A stretch of DNA of 64,000 bases from contig CM075995.1 of NCBI GenBank assembly GCA_038087875.1, positions 372,001 to 436,000 of the forward strand, in the 5' to 3' direction. A model generated the notes under the pieces. The model made no database searches and was not told the DNA's origin. It was given only the letters and a program-made list of their open reading frames with translations. Positions 23,228 to 36,908 of the stretch are shown piece after piece. The first letter of the stretch is position 1. Each line of letters begins with the position of its first letter. A program made the position numbers and the translations under genes. Origin of the DNA: Malacoraja senta. Its lineage: Eukaryota.

Positions 23228-24295
23228 TTATTGGCCAAGTATTCACATACAAGGAATTTGCCTTGGTGCTCCGCCCACAAGTAACAACATGCCATACAGT
23301 GATAGTTACGAATGACTCAGAAAACACTAAACATTAATAATAATAAAACATTAATGATAAAACACCATTGATCAGGCATGTGAACCAACAAAATACCAGA
23401 TCAAAGGGAGGCTACAGATTTTTGGCTGTTGAGTAGAGCAACTACTCGAGGATAAAAACTGTTTTTATGTCAGGCTGTGGCAGCTTTGACAGTCCGGAGT
23501 CGCCTTCCAGAGGGAAGTGATTCAAAGAGTTTGTGGCCAGGGTGAGAGGGGTCAGAGATGATCTTGCCCGCTCGCTTCCTGGCCCGTGCAGTGTACAGTT
23601 CATCAATGGAGGGAAGGTTGCAGCCAATAATCTTCTCTGCTGATCGGACGATTCGCTGCAGCCTCCAGGTGTCGTGCTTGGTGGCTGAGCCAAACCAGAC
23701 CATGATGGAGAAGGTGAGAACAGACTCTACGATGGCTGTGTAGAATTGGACCATCATTGCTTGTGGCAGATTGTGCTTCCTCAGCTGCCGCAGGAAGTAC
23801 ATCCTCTGTTGTGCCTTTTTGACTGTGGAGTCGATGGTAGCCCCCCACTAAGGTCCTTGGAGATGATGGTTCCCAGGAACTTAAAGGACTCCACAGATGT
23901 GACTGTGGTGTTGTTGATGGTGCGTGGGGTGAGGGGAGGGGGAGCTCTCCTAAAAGCTACAATTAATTCCACTGTCTTAAGAGCATTGAGCTCCAGGTTG
24001 TTGCGATGGCACCAGGACGCCAGCTGTGTCACTTCCTGTCTGTAGGCAGATTCCTCCCCATCCTGGATCAGTCCAATCAGGGTTGTGTCGTCCGCAAACT
24101 TGAGAAGCTTGACAGAAGAGTCAGTGGAGGTGCAGTCGTTGGTGTAGAGAGAGTAGAGGAGAGGGAAGAGTACGCAGCTTTGCGGTGCTCCTATGCTGAG
24201 GGTTTGCGGGTGCAAGATGTGCTTTCCCAGCCTCACATGCTGCTTCCTGTCTGTCAGGAAGCTGGTGATCCACCGACAGAGGAGTTCACGCACAG
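23167..24295 (-). mobile_element. Rex1/Babar-like LINE RT fragment with (CTTA)n tail
   Basis: [27 protein letters not shown]. (TAAG)n array at 23167-23226. Confidence 0.88.
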
Positions 24296-24534
24296 TCAAC
24301 TCGGAAAGTGGAATTCTCTATAGGAACATAGTTATCTGAAAAAGGCATCACCCGGCAGATAGGGTGATCAAGAAGTCTTTTGGTACATGTGACCATTCAT
24401 TAGGTCATCAGTCAGGGTGTATAGTATAGAAGATACTTTTATGTTACAGCTGTACAAGATGTTGGCGAGGCCATACTTGGAGTACTGTGTTCAATTATGA
24501 TCATTAAAGAATGCAGAGATTTACGAGGATGTCA

Positions 24535-24960
24535 AGTCAAGTGAGTTTATTGCCATGTGTCCCAGATAGGACAATAAAATTCTTGCTTGCTGCAGCACAA
24601 CCGAATATTGTAAGCAAAAATAGAAGCAAAAAAGTACAGTTCAGTTCAATAGACACATAAATAAGCAGATAAAGTGCAATAGGCTGTTACAGTTCAGAGT
24701 CTGTTTGTTGGCGAGTTTAATAGCCTGATGGCTGTGGGAAAGAAGCTGTTCCTGAACCTGCATGTAACAGATTTCAGGCTGCTGTACCTGCCCGATGGTA
24801 GCAGAGAGATGAGTGTGTGGCCAGGATGGTGTGGGTCCGTGATGATGTTGGCTGCCTTTTTGAGGCAGCGACTGCGATAGATCCCTTCGATGGTGGGGAG
24901 GTCAGAGCCAATGATGGACTGGGCAGTGGTTACAACTTTCTGCATCCTTTTCCGCTCCTG
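24535..24960 (-). mobile_element. Rex1/Babar-like LINE 3' fragment
   Basis: QKVVTTAQSIIG..DPHHPGH..RFRNSFFP. Confidence 0.8.
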
Positions 24961-25199
24961 GAGCCTCAGGAGGGCCTGAACTACAGGGAAAGGTTAGGCA
25001 GGGTAGGACTTTATTGTTTGGAGTGCAAGAGGCTGATGGGTAATCTTATAGAGGTGTACAAAATCATGAGGGGAATAGATAGGGTGAATACACAGAGTCT
25101 TTTACCCAGGACAGGGGAATCAAAAACAAGAGGACATATGTTTAAAGAACCCTGGTCACTCCCTCTTCTCCCCTCTCCCATCAGGCAAAAGTTAAAAGT

Positions 25200-25843
25200 T
25201 TCCTGGTCCGAGAACACTAATGCAATTATCAAGAAAGCTCATCAGCGCCCCTACTTCCCTGAGAAGATTACAGAGAGTCGGTTTGTCAAGGAGGACTCTC
25301 TCTAACTTCTACAGGTGCACAGTAGAGAGCATGCTGACCGGTTGCACCGTGGCTTGGTTCGGCAACTTGAGCGCCCTGGAGTGGAAAAGACTACAAAAAG
25401 TAGTAAACACTGCCCAGTCCATCATCGGCTCTGACCTCCCTTCCATCGAGGGGATCTATCGCAGTCGCTGCCTCAAAAGGCTGGCAGCATCATCAAGGAC
25501 CCACACCATCCTGGCCACTCACTCATCTCCCTGCTACCTTCAGGTAGAAGGTACAGGAGCCTGAAGACTGCAACGACCAGGTTCAGGAATAGCTACTTCC
25601 CCACAGCCATCAGGCTATTAAACCTGGCTCGGACAAAACTCTGATTATTAATAACCCATTATCTGTTATCTGCACTTTATCAGTTTATTTATTCATGTGT
25701 GTATATATTTATAGAATGGTATATGGACACACTGATCTGTTTTGTAGTCAATGCCTACTATGTTCTGTTGTGCTGAAGCAAAGCAAGAATTTCATTGTTC
25801 TATCAGGGACACATGACAATAAACTCTCTTGACTTGACTTGAC
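25200..25843 (+). mobile_element. Rex1/Babar-like LINE 3' fragment
   Basis: KKAHQR, NFYRCTVESMLT and a (CTTGA)n tail. Confidence 0.82.
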
Positions 25844-26893
25844 TAATATAAGTGTGAAAACGCACACCACCAGATTCAGGGACAGTTTCTTCCCAGCTGT
25901 TATCAGGCAACTGATTCATCCTACCACAACCAAAGAGCAGTTGAACTACTATCTACCTCTTTGGTGACCCTCGGACTATCCTTGATCGGACTTTGCTGGC
26001 TTTATCTCGCACTTAACGTTATTCCCTTATCATGTATCTGTACACTGTAAATGGATCGATTGTAATCATGTATTGTCTTTCCGCTGACTGGTTAGCACGC
26101 AACAAAAGCTTTTCACTGTACCTCGGTACACGTGACAATAAACTAAACAAATCTAATGTGAGAGGGATAAGATTTAATACAAACATGAGTGGTAACATTC
26201 TCACTTTTATGGAAGACTCTGCTAAAGGATGTAGCTGAGGCAGGAACCATAACAGCATTTAAAAGACACTTAGATAAGTAGACAATAGACAACAGACAAT
26301 AGGAGCAGGAGTAGGCCATTCGGCCCTTCGAGCCAGCACCGCCATTCAATGTGATCATGGCTGATCATCCACAAAAAGTACCCCATTCCTGCTTTCTTCC
26401 CATATCCCTTGCAGGGCTCGAAATTAGCGGTTGCCCGGGTGCCGCTGACCACTCAAAGCGCCGCCGGGCAACCTAAACACCGAGTCATTTTGCCCGGCTT
26501 GGCAACCAGATACTGGTTTGTACCGAAGATAGACACAAAAAACTGGAGTAACTCCGCGGGTCAGGCAGCATCTCTGGAGAAAAGGAATGCGACGTTTCGT
26601 GTCGGCGGCGGCTGTGTGGGGCAAAGATACTAGGTGCGGGGTGAGGAAGGGTCGGAGTGAATGACGGGCCCCGAACAGCGGCAGCAGCTCCATCTCCTCT
26701 TCCTCCCGCCCCCCGCCCACCCTGATAAGGGCCTCTGCTTGTAAATCCGCTAACTGCGCTTTCAAAACAAACCGTCCCGCATGCCGAGGCCAGGAGGAGG
26801 GAGGGGGAGGCCTCGGCGTGCGGGAAGGTTTGTTTTGAAAGTGCCGCTGTGCGAAGCCCGTCATTCGCTCCGACTCGTCTGAAGCAGCTGCAC

Positions 26894-26921
26894 CAAAGAT
26901 CTTATAGCTATAGGATCTCTG
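26894..26921. mobile_element. 28-bp TIR-only hAT-like element with perfect 8-bp TSD
   Basis: AGCTGCAC|CAAAGATCTTATAG CTATAGGATCTCTG|AGCTGCAC. Confidence 0.85.
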
Positions 26922-27066
26922 AGCTGCACCGCCCGGCCCCGCACCTTGCTGTTGGCTGGCGGAGGAGGGAGGCGGTGGCGAGGAGTTCCCAACGGCCATG
27001 GCAGCGGGGCGATGTTGTCCGAGGAGCGCTGACCTTCCTTCCTCCCCACCTCGCCCCCCCCTCTCC

Positions 27067-27102
<36 letters not shown>

Positions 27103-27149
27103 GTACACCCCCTCCCACCCCCCCTTATCCTGGGACCCCTCCACTCCAT

Positions 27150-27830
27150 CCCGCACTGATCCCCATTCCCGCCTCTATTCAGTCCTCACTGGCATCCCCT
27201 GTGCTCCCCTCCCCATCTACCCCCCCCCCATCTATTCATCCTGCGCTGATCACCCTATCCACCTCGCATTGATTCTCCTGCCACCCCCCCCCCCCCCCAT
27301 CCATCCTACACTGGTTCCCCAATTCACCCTGTGCTTACCCCTTTCCCATCCATCCTGCACTTCTCCTCCATCCATCCTGTACTGATCCCCCATCCATCCT
27401 GTACTAATCCACGCATTCATCCCGTACTGTTTGTATGGCTGTGGAAACGGAGTTTCGTTTGAGCCTCTTTGAGGTTCAAATGACAAGAAATAAAATCTAA
27501 TCTAATCTAATCTACTGACCCACCCTCCATTTACCCTGCACCTTCCCCCCTTCCCCTCATTCATCCTGTAGTGATTCTCCATTCATCCTGCACAGACCCT
27601 CCGATCCACACTGTACTGACCCCCCCATTCATCCTGCGCTGATCTCCCCACCCCCCCCATCCATCCTGTACTGATCCTCCCATTCAAGAAGAATGGGGGG
27701 AACAGTCTGAAGAAGGGTCTCGACCCGAACGTTGCCTATTTCCTTCGTTCCATAGATGCTGCCTCACCCGCTGAGTTTCTCTAGCACTTTTGTCCACCCC
27801 CATCCATCCCGTACTGAACCCCCCCCATTC
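27150..27830 (+). repeat. Degenerate C-rich minisatellite (unit about CCCATCCATCCTGTACTGATCC)
   Basis: More than 10 recognisable units, interrupted by small insertions. Confidence 0.75.
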
Positions 27831-30739
27831 AACACCACTGACATCCCCGGTGCTCTCCCCTCATAATTTTACCTACTCGAACCAACACGTACTAAATTGT
27901 GAACACGTGAAACATTAAAACCGCAGTGTTCGATTGTCACTGCTGCCGTTGACACGTTATTACATAATTCATTTTAACGGCAAATCAATGCTCTTAATAT
28001 GGAGTATCAGTACTGTAGTTATTTAATGAGCAACATCCACAACTATACGTACGCATATATGTTACCATGGTCCAGGATTTATTGACACAGGTTGATCATA
28101 CGCTGAATAATCCAACCACATTTTTGTTTGGAAGTGGAAAGAACTAATAGAAATTGCATTAATTGCATTGTGTAAAAAGAGTTGAGATACTGTCTTATAA
28201 TTTGCTGCATGTCATTGTGGGATATATCATGTCTTGATTGGTGAATATGTTTAGGTTTGTGACTTTATTTGAAGCAGAAATAATATGTGAATGCTTCATT
28301 GAGTATAATTCCGACTGGTAACTACGCACTTCGTCCGAGCACATTATCGCACGCGTCATGCAAGCCATCTTAAATGACCACCTAAACTGTCATTTGGCAA
28401 CCTAAAAAGCTGCCAAGGTTGCCCGGCTGGCAACAGGGAAAAAAAGTTAAGCGAGACCCCTGCCTTGACTCCGCTATTTTTAAGAGCTCTATCTAGCTCT
28501 CTCTTGAAAGCATCCAGTGAACCGGCCTCCACTGCCCTCTGAGGCAGAGAATTCCACAGACTCACCATTCTCTGTGAGAAAAAGTGTTTCCTCATCTCCG
28601 TTCTAAATGGCTCACCCCTTATTCTTAAACTGTGGCAAAAGGTATGGATGGATAGGACATGGATAGGAAAGGTTTTGAGCAAATGTGGGCATATGGGACT
28701 AGCTTAGATGGGGGCATCCTGGACAGCATGGGCATGTTAGGTAGAAGGGCCTGTTTCCCGCTGGATAACTCTATGAAATGTTATTCATCAAGATGCATTT
28801 CAGTTGATTCTATCGGGTGCGGCCACACTAAAACAAAATCGTGGAAATATTTATGATCATCTGCACTAATATTGCCATCTCTTCTTTGGAAATATTTGTT
28901 GGCACTCAAAATATCTAGAAACCTGAAAACTACTGCAACTCAACTGGCAGGCCCAGAGGGACCTTCCTTGTGAAGGCGAGATTGCATTGTGACAAGTGCA
29001 GCTTATTGGTCCTCTAGAGGTGTACAATTCATGAGGGCAGACGCACACAGTCTCTTGCCCAGAGTAGGGAATCGAGAACCAGAGGACATAGGTTTAAGGT
29101 GAGTGGGGGAAAGATAGGAACCCGAGGGGTAACTTTCTCACGCAAAGGGTGGTAGGTGTATGTGGTATGGGCCAAATGCAGGCAGATGGGATGAGTATAG
29201 ATGGGACATGTTGACCAGACTGGACAACTTGGGCCTGTTTCCACGCTGTAAGATTCTATGACTCTTAAGTATTTGGTTATCGGTAACTATTTCTCTTTAC
29301 CTGCAATACATCCAAAGATGTGCAAAATTACCAGTATAGGTGAACATCGCTCAACGTAACCACCCCGAGCACTGAATCTTACGTGACACATGTGAAGATA
29401 GAATTGAATGGAAATACTCGAGGATCAATGCGGAGAAGAAAATGAAGCTATTCTTTCAGAACAAGCTCCGTTCTGACAAAGGGTCCTCGGCCTGAAACGT
29501 CAACTCTGCTTTGCTCTCTTGTGACGCTGCCCGACCTGCTGAGTATTCCTTCTTTCGGACTCCCGGCATCTTGTTCTGGATTTCCCTATGGCTCTGTGTT
29601 TTCCTCAGCACTTATAGATAGCTTTAAAATGAAGAGTTATGCCATCCCGTTGCTTGAAAACAGCAATTTCCAACCAGCAATACGCAACCTCTTGCGCACA
29701 GTAATTATCAAGACTAAAATCAAGTAATTTGCCAAAAATAAAGTGGTCTTCCTCTGTAAACAGGACATAGGACGGCATGGTGGCGTGGCAGTAGAGCTGC
29801 TTTACAGTGCCAGACACCCGGGTTCGATCCTGACTACGGGTGCTGTCTGCATGGAGTTTGTACGTTCTCCCTGTGACCTGTGTGGGTTTTCGCCGGGTGC
29901 TCCGGTTTCCTCCCACACTCCAAAGACGTACAGCTTTGTAGGTTAACTGGGTTCTGCAAATTGGAAATTGTCCCTAGTGTGTGTAGGGTAGAGTTAATGT
30001 ACAGGATGCTCGCTGGTCGGTGCGATTGCTGCTGGGCACAGGCTCAATGGGCCAAAGGGCCTGTTTCCACACTTTATCTCAAAAGTTTAAAGTCTAAACT
30101 AGAGGAGAAGACCACAGCAAAATGAAACTTCAACAGCCAGATTGCCACGACAAAAGAGCATTTCCTCAATTTGGATTCCAGGTAAGATTAAATCAAGTGC
30201 TGGAGGAACTCAGTGGGTCAGGCACCATCTCTGGAGGGGAAAAATGGCACAAAGTGATGCAGTAACTCTGTGGGTCAAGCAGCATCTCTGGAGAACATGT
30301 ATCCCTGGAAAGAATGCAGTGAAGATATACATGGATGTTGCCAGAGGGATATGGGCCAAATGCTGGCAGCTGGATCATGTAGATGGGACACGTTGGTCAG
30401 TGTGGGCAAGTCAGGTCGAAGGGGCCTGTTTCCACTTTCTATGACTCTATGACACTAAAGCACATATTGACAGAGGTTCTTGATTAGTGAGGGTGCTTAT
30501 GAGGCGAAAGAAAGAGAACTGGGTTGAGTGGGAAAAATAGAATCAATGGGCCAAATGGTATAATTCTGCTATGATCTTATGATCAATAAATCAATCAAAA
30601 AACTCAGTGGGTCAGGCAACATCTATGGAGGTAAATAAAACTGAGGAACGATTCCAACATGAAACCTTGTATTGTCCATTTCCTTACAAATATAATGCCT
30701 GTCCTGCCGAGTTCCTCCAGCACTTTGCTTTTTGCTGAA

Positions 30740-31765
30740 GGACTAGAGGGTCCGTGCTTTCAGGAGAGGTTGAATAGGCTGGGACTCTATTCCTTGGAGC
30801 GCAGGAGGATGACGGGTGATCTTATAGAGATGTATAAAATGAGAGGAATAGATCGGGTAGACGCGCCAGAGTAGGTGAATCGAGAAGAAGAGGACATGGG
30901 TTTAAGGTGAAGGGGAAAAGTTTTAATAGGAATCTGAGGGGTAACATTTTTACACGCAGGGTGGTGGGTGTATGGAACAAGCTGCCAGAGGAGGTAGTTG
31001 AGGCTGGGACTACCCCAACGTTTAAGAAACAGTTAGACAGGTACATAGATAGGACAGGTTTGGAGGGATATAGACCAAACGCAGGCAGGTGGGACTAGTG
31101 TAGCTGAGACATGTTGGCTGGTGTGGGCAAGTTGGGCTGAAGGGCCTGTTTCCATGCTGTATCACTCTATCATTTGCAGTCTCTTCTGTCTCTCAGAATT
31201 TTAACGGATGGAAATCAGTCGTCAAGGTGAGGCAGCAAGCACAGGGATGATGGTGAATTGACAATAGACAATAAGTGCAGGAGTAGGTCATTTGGCCCTT
31301 TGAGCCAGCACCCCCATTCAATGCGATCATGGCTGATCATCCCCAATCAGTACCCCGTTCCTGCCTTCTCCCCATATCCCCTGACTCCGCTATCTTTAAG
31401 AGCTCTATCTAGCTCTCTCTTGAAAGTATCCAGAGAACCGGCCTCCACCGTCCTCTGAGGCAGAGAATTCCACAGACTCACAACTCTCTGTGTGAAAAAG
31501 TGTTTCCTCGTCTCCGTTCTAAATGGCTTACCCCTTATTCTTAAACTGTGGCTCCTGGTTCTGGACTCCCCCAATATCGGGAACATGTTTCCCGCCTCTA
31601 GCGTGTCCAAACCCCTAATAATCTTATATATTTCAATAAGATTCCCTCTCATCCTTCTAAACTCCAGAGTATACAAGCCCAGCCGCTCTTCTCTCGGCAT
31701 ATGACAGTCTCGCCATCCCGGGAATTAACCTTGTGAACCTACGCTGCACTCCCTCAATAGCAAGA
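30740..31765. mobile_element. Two CR1-like 3' fragments (30740-31170 +, 31258-31765 -)
   Basis: ORFs 30907-31098 and 31347-31700. Confidence 0.85.
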
Positions 31766-31970
31766 ACGGGACTTGATACAAGCAGGGTCACGGGAGCTGA
31801 GGTTTTTGGATGAGATGAAGCTCAAGGAGAATGAAACTGCCCTGCGGAGTAATTGAATTGTCAATCCCAGAGTAATAAAGACACAGATGTTGATTCACAC
31901 AAGTTAAGGCAGGGCAGTGCCAGGTGAAGTGATGCAGGTTGTAGCATGATCAAGGTCACAGACAAATTGT

Positions 31971-32191
31971 GTAGGAAGGAACTGCAGATGTTGGTTTATA
32001 CTGAAGATAGACACAAAATGCTGGAGTGACTCAGCGGGAGGACAGGCAGCATCTCTGGAGAGAAGGAATGGGTGACGTTTCGGGTCGAGACCCTTCTTCG
32101 GACAGGAGGGTCTCGACCCAAAACGTCAACCCATTCCTTCCTTTCCAGAGACGCTGCCTGTCCCGTTAAGTCACTCCAGCATTTTGTGTCT
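31971..32191. mobile_element. Fold-back Penelope pLTR insertion with about 22-bp TSD
   Basis: ATCAAGGTCACAGACAAATTGT (31949-31970) vs ATCAAGGTCATAGCCAAGTTGT (32192-32213). Confidence 0.8.
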
Positions 32192-32754
32192 ATCAAGGTC
32201 ATAGCCAAGTTGTCCACACCAAGTGTGATTCCATTTTGAATGGTTGGATTCAGTTTCAGACAGTTGGCAGGGTGAAGGTGGTAATCAGAGGCCAGTTAGT
32301 GGAGCTTGTGATGGAGCTGAATGTGGGGGCTTCACTTTCCCATATTCCAATAACGGGAGACATCTACTTATAATGGGAAAGCAGTCTGACAATAGGTACA
32401 TGGAAATGGCCAAGTGATGTGATAACAATACTGGTTGGTGGCACAGTGGCGCTGAGAAAACAGTTGCTGCCTCATAGCGCCAGAGATCCGTGTTTGATCC
32501 TGAAAATGGGTGCTGTCTGTGCGGAGTTTGTACGTCTCCCTGTGACCGCGTGGGTTTTCTCCGGGTGCTCCGGTTTCCTCCATGTCCCAAAGACGTGCGG
32601 GCATGTAGGTTAATTGGCCTCTGTAAATTGTCCCTTGTGTGTAGGAGTAAAAGTGCGTACAAGTGAGCAATGGTCGGTGCGGACTCAGTGGGCCGAAGGG
32701 CCTGTTTCCACGCTGTTCCTCTAAACTAAACTAAGCTACTGGTTTTGGTTTTTG

Positions 32755-33280
32755 GATAGAAACATAGAAAATAGGTGCAGGGGAGGCCATTCGGCCCTTC
32801 GAGCCAGCACCGCCATTCATTGTGATCATGGCTGATTGTCCCCTATCAATAACCCGTGCCTGCCTTCCCCCCATATCCCATGACTCCACTAGCTCCTAGA
32901 GCTTTATCTAACTCTCTCTTAAATCCATCAAGTGACTTGGCCTCACTGCCCTCTGTGGCAGGGAATTCCATAAATTCACAACTCTCTGGGTGAAAACTTT
33001 TTTTCTCACCTCAGTCTTAAATGACCTCCCTTTATTCTAAGACTGTGGCCCCTGGTTCTGGACTCGCCCAACATTGGGAACATTTTTCCTGCATCTAGCT
33101 TGTCCAGTCCTTTTATAATTTTATATGTTTCTATAAGATCCCCCCTCATCCTTCTAAACCTCAGTGAATACAAGCCTAGTCTTTTCAATCTTTCCTCATA
33201 TGACAGTCCCACCATCCCAGGGATCAATCTCGTGAACCTACGCTGCACTGCCTCAATCACAAGGATGTCCTTCCTCAAAT
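32755..33280 (-). mobile_element. CR1-like LINE 3' fragment
   Basis: ORF 33006-33302. Confidence 0.88.
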
Positions 33281-33959
33281 CCTCAAAAGATGACATTACC
33301 ATGGAACAACCAATCGAATTGATTAGTACAGGTGTCAGGGGTTATGGGGAGGAAAGCAGGAGAATGGGGCTAGGAGGGAGAGATAGATCAGCCATGATTG
33401 AATGGTGGAGTAGACTTGATGGGCAGAATGGCCTAATTCTACTCCTATCACTTATGATCTTATGACCCTGTAGCTGAGATCCCCACTGATCTCAGCCCAA
33501 TCTGACCTTCACTTCTGTCCACACTCAGCTCCCTTTATTGCCTTCCATGTTTTAATGTTCATTTGCTCACTTCAAAAGAAGCCTATATATGTTGGAACCC
33601 ACATTCACAAACCCCCTGCCCCATCTCAACCAACAGAACTGCATAAACATACCCATAAATCTCGTATAACAATGCCGCCGCAACTAGAGAGCAGTTCTGA
33701 ACTATTGTGTATGAAGGAACTGCAGATGCTGGTTTCAACCGAAGATAGACACAAAATGCTGGAGTATCTCAGCGGGATAGGCAGCGTCTCTGATAGAAGG
33801 AAAAATGGGTGACGTTTTGGGTCAAGACCCTTCTTCAGACAAAATCACGGGAGGGGGAGATACAGAGAAAAGGAAGTACAAGGTGTGAAATAGACCAAAG
33901 GCGACGGGGATCATGGGAAATGTAGAACAGATGACGTTTCGGGTCGAATCCTGAACTAC

Positions 33960-34430
33960 CAATACAATACAATACAATTTATTTGTCATTTGGACCCCGT
34001 TGAGGTCCAAACGAAAAAGTCGTTTCTGCAGCCCATACATTACAAAACGAAAAAGACCCGAGTCACAACACAATTTACACATACATCCATCACAGCGTTG
34101 TGATGGAAGGCAAAAAAACGTATCTCTCCACTGCGCAGCCGGGTCTTGGTGTTAGAGCCCCGGGTCTTGGTGTTAGAGCCCCCGGCGCGCGCTCGCAAGG
34201 CCCCGCGGCCATTCCAAGCCGCGCGGGGCGGTGATGTAAAGCCCCGCTCCAGGTGCTCTTCAACCCCGCAACTCTGGCGGGAGAAGTCGCCGCTGCGGAA
34301 GCCCCGAAAAGCGGTCTCCCACCAGGGACCCGCGGGCTTCCGGTGTTGCCGTCCGCCAGACCCGCAGTGTAGCCTCCGAATCTCCGGGGGTCGGGTTGCA
34401 GCACCGCTCCACCACAGTGCTCCACCACAG
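33960..34430 (-). mobile_element. GC-rich non-coding retroposon fragment with (TTGTA)n tail
   Basis: 3' ATGACAAATAAATTGTATTGTA. Shares a hairpin segment with 36960-37245 and 50287-51135. Confidence 0.55.
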
Positions 34431-36782
34431 CTCAATGTCATTGGAGACCCTGGGACTATCTTTTGATCACGGACTTTACTGTTTTTTCCTTGCAGTAAAC
34501 GTTATTCCCTTATCGTGTTATCTGTACACTGTAAATGGCTTGATGTAATCATGTATTGTCTTTCTGCTGTCTGGATAGCACGCAACAAAAGCTTTATAAT
34601 AATCACATGTCTCGGTACATGTGACAATGAACTAAACCTAACTAAACCAAAATAATCGGTACAATGCTTTGCCAAACTACATGAGTCAACATTTTTAAAA
34701 TAAGTTGCAAGCCAGTTTGAATTTTCTTGGAACCATGGTCCACACTGCCAAGATGGTAAGCAAATATCCACATTACAGTTGGCAACGGAAGAAGGTTTGC
34801 AACTTGAAATTCTTATATATACATTAGAACTATAACACAACCCTTCCTCCATTAAAAAACAAGTGCCAGGCTCAACATGTGTGCTTCCTTGCAATATGCT
34901 TTCACACCAACTGGGTTTCAGGGTGTGAATAGGTGTGGAACTTTAGTGGTCTGCTGTACATACTGTAGAATGCTGTAGAATATAACAACAGGGATGTAAT
35001 GCTGAAGCTTTATAAGGCGCTGGTCAGATCGCATTTGGAGTATTGTGAGCCGTTTTAGGCCCCACATCTGAGGATTGATGTGCTGGAGTTGATGTGCAAC
35101 GCGTGCAGAGGAGGTTGACTCGAATTATCGCAGGGATGATTGGGTTAATATATGATGCGCATTTGACGGCACTGGGCCTGCATTCACTGGAGTTTAGAAG
35201 GGATGAGGGGTGACCTCATTGAAACTATCCAAATACTGAAGGGCCTCTTAAAGATAGCGGAGTCAGGGGATAAGGGGAAAAGGAAGGAACGGGGTACTGA
35301 TTGGGATGACCAGCCATGATCACATTGAATGGCTCGAAGGCCGAATGGCCTACTCCTGCACCTATTGTCTATTGTCTGGATAGAGTGGACGTGGAGAAGA
35401 TGTTCCCACTCGAGGGAGAATCTAGAACCAGAGGGCACTTGTAGTCAATGCCTACTATGTTCTGTTGTGCTGAAGCAAAGCAAGAATTTCATTGTCCTAT
35501 CAGGGACACATGACAATAAACTCACTTGAACTTGAACTTGATAATCTCAGAATAAAAAGGTGTATGTTTAGAAAGGAGATGAGGTGGAATTTCTTAAGTC
35601 AGTGGGTGGTGATTCTGTGGAATTCAATGCCACAGACGGATGTGAAGGCCAAGGCGTTGGGTTTTTAAGGCTGATGCTTGCTTAGTACGGGTGTCAGGTG
35701 TTATGGGGAGAAGGCAGGAGAATGCGGTAGAGAGAAAGATGGGACAGCCATGACTGAATGGCGGAGACTCGACAAACCAATTGGCCTGCTCTGCTTCTGT
35801 CACATATTTTATACACTGGACTTGACGCGGCAGCAATGTCACATGAATTTGATACCCCTATTTTATACACTGGACAAACCTGCTCACTTTAAATAAAAAT
35901 AACTTGATTTTACTCGGCGATTTCAAATGCTTAGAAATAACAGCAATTTAAGTACTTTATCGTTCCATCAATCATTTAATAAAAACCATCAACTATTTTG
36001 TCTCACATGGTGTTATATTCTTCTGGCCCTCCTTGTTTGTATTTCAGATTGTGAAAACTCAAATATTTGCTTTAATGAGTCATGAGTGACATTGACAATT
36101 CACATGCAGTGCATTCAGAGGTTCACAGACACATTAGTTTAAAATGCATGCATCGTACGAGTGCACAACTTAGAGATCACGCACCAGTAGATTAAACACT
36201 GTGGCAAGCTATGTTCAGTCTTAGTTTAGTTTAGTTGGCCGTAGTTCTGTTTAGTTTTAGTTTAGTTTAGAGATACAGCGCGGAAAACAGGCCCTTCAGC
36301 CCACCGAATCCTTCCTGACCAGCGATCCCCGCACACTAACGCTATCCTACACGCACTAGTGACAATTTACAATTATACCAAGCCAATTTACTTATAAACC
36401 AGTATGTCTTTGGAGTGTGGGAGGAAACCGGAGATCCCGGAGAAAACGCACGCAGGTACAAAACTCCGTACAGACAAGCACCCATAGATAAGGATCGAAC
36501 CCCAGTCTCTGGCGCTGTAAGGCAGCAACTATCAAAGGGATTTACCCTTTGAGTCGCTGCCTCAAAATGGCAGCCAGCATCATCAGAGACCCACACCACC
36601 ATGGCCACACATTTCACCCCTGCCATCAGGAAGAATGTGCAGGAGCCTGAAACTGTAACGTCCAGGTTCAGGAACAGCTTTTTCCCTACAGCCATTAGGC
36701 TATTAAACGCTACAACCTCAAAAAGCTCTGAACTACATAGACTATTATTGTTATTATCTCACTGTTATTGTTTTTTTTTTTA

Positions 36783-36787
<5 letters not shown>

Positions 36788-36847
<60 letters not shown>

Positions 36848-36908
36848 TGTGTGTGTGTGTGTGTGTGTGCTGTGGATGTCTCTCTCTCTCTCTGTATATA
36901 TATATATA
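36788..36908 (+). repeat. Compound (TG)n(TC)n(TA)n microsatellite
   Basis: Direct reading; about 40 TG units. Confidence 0.95.

Larger units (their letters stand above)
26412..28462. mobile_element. About 2.05-kb non-autonomous DNA transposon (CAGGG termini, 5-bp TSD) splitting a CR1 3' end
   Basis: CCTTG|CAGGGCTCG...CGAGACCCCTG|CCTTG. GGCAACC/GGTTGCC subterminal repeats. CR1 sequence rejoins across it. Confidence 0.75.

Noticed and set aside
26424..27385. Long ORFs of 241 and 178 aa on opposite strands
   Set aside because: Low-complexity translations of GC-rich, (CT)n and minisatellite sequence inside a non-autonomous DNA element; no recognisable domain.
27150..27830. Repeat-spacer-like pattern suggesting a CRISPR array
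   Set aside because: A degenerate tandem minisatellite in vertebrate DNA, with no unique spacers or cas genes.
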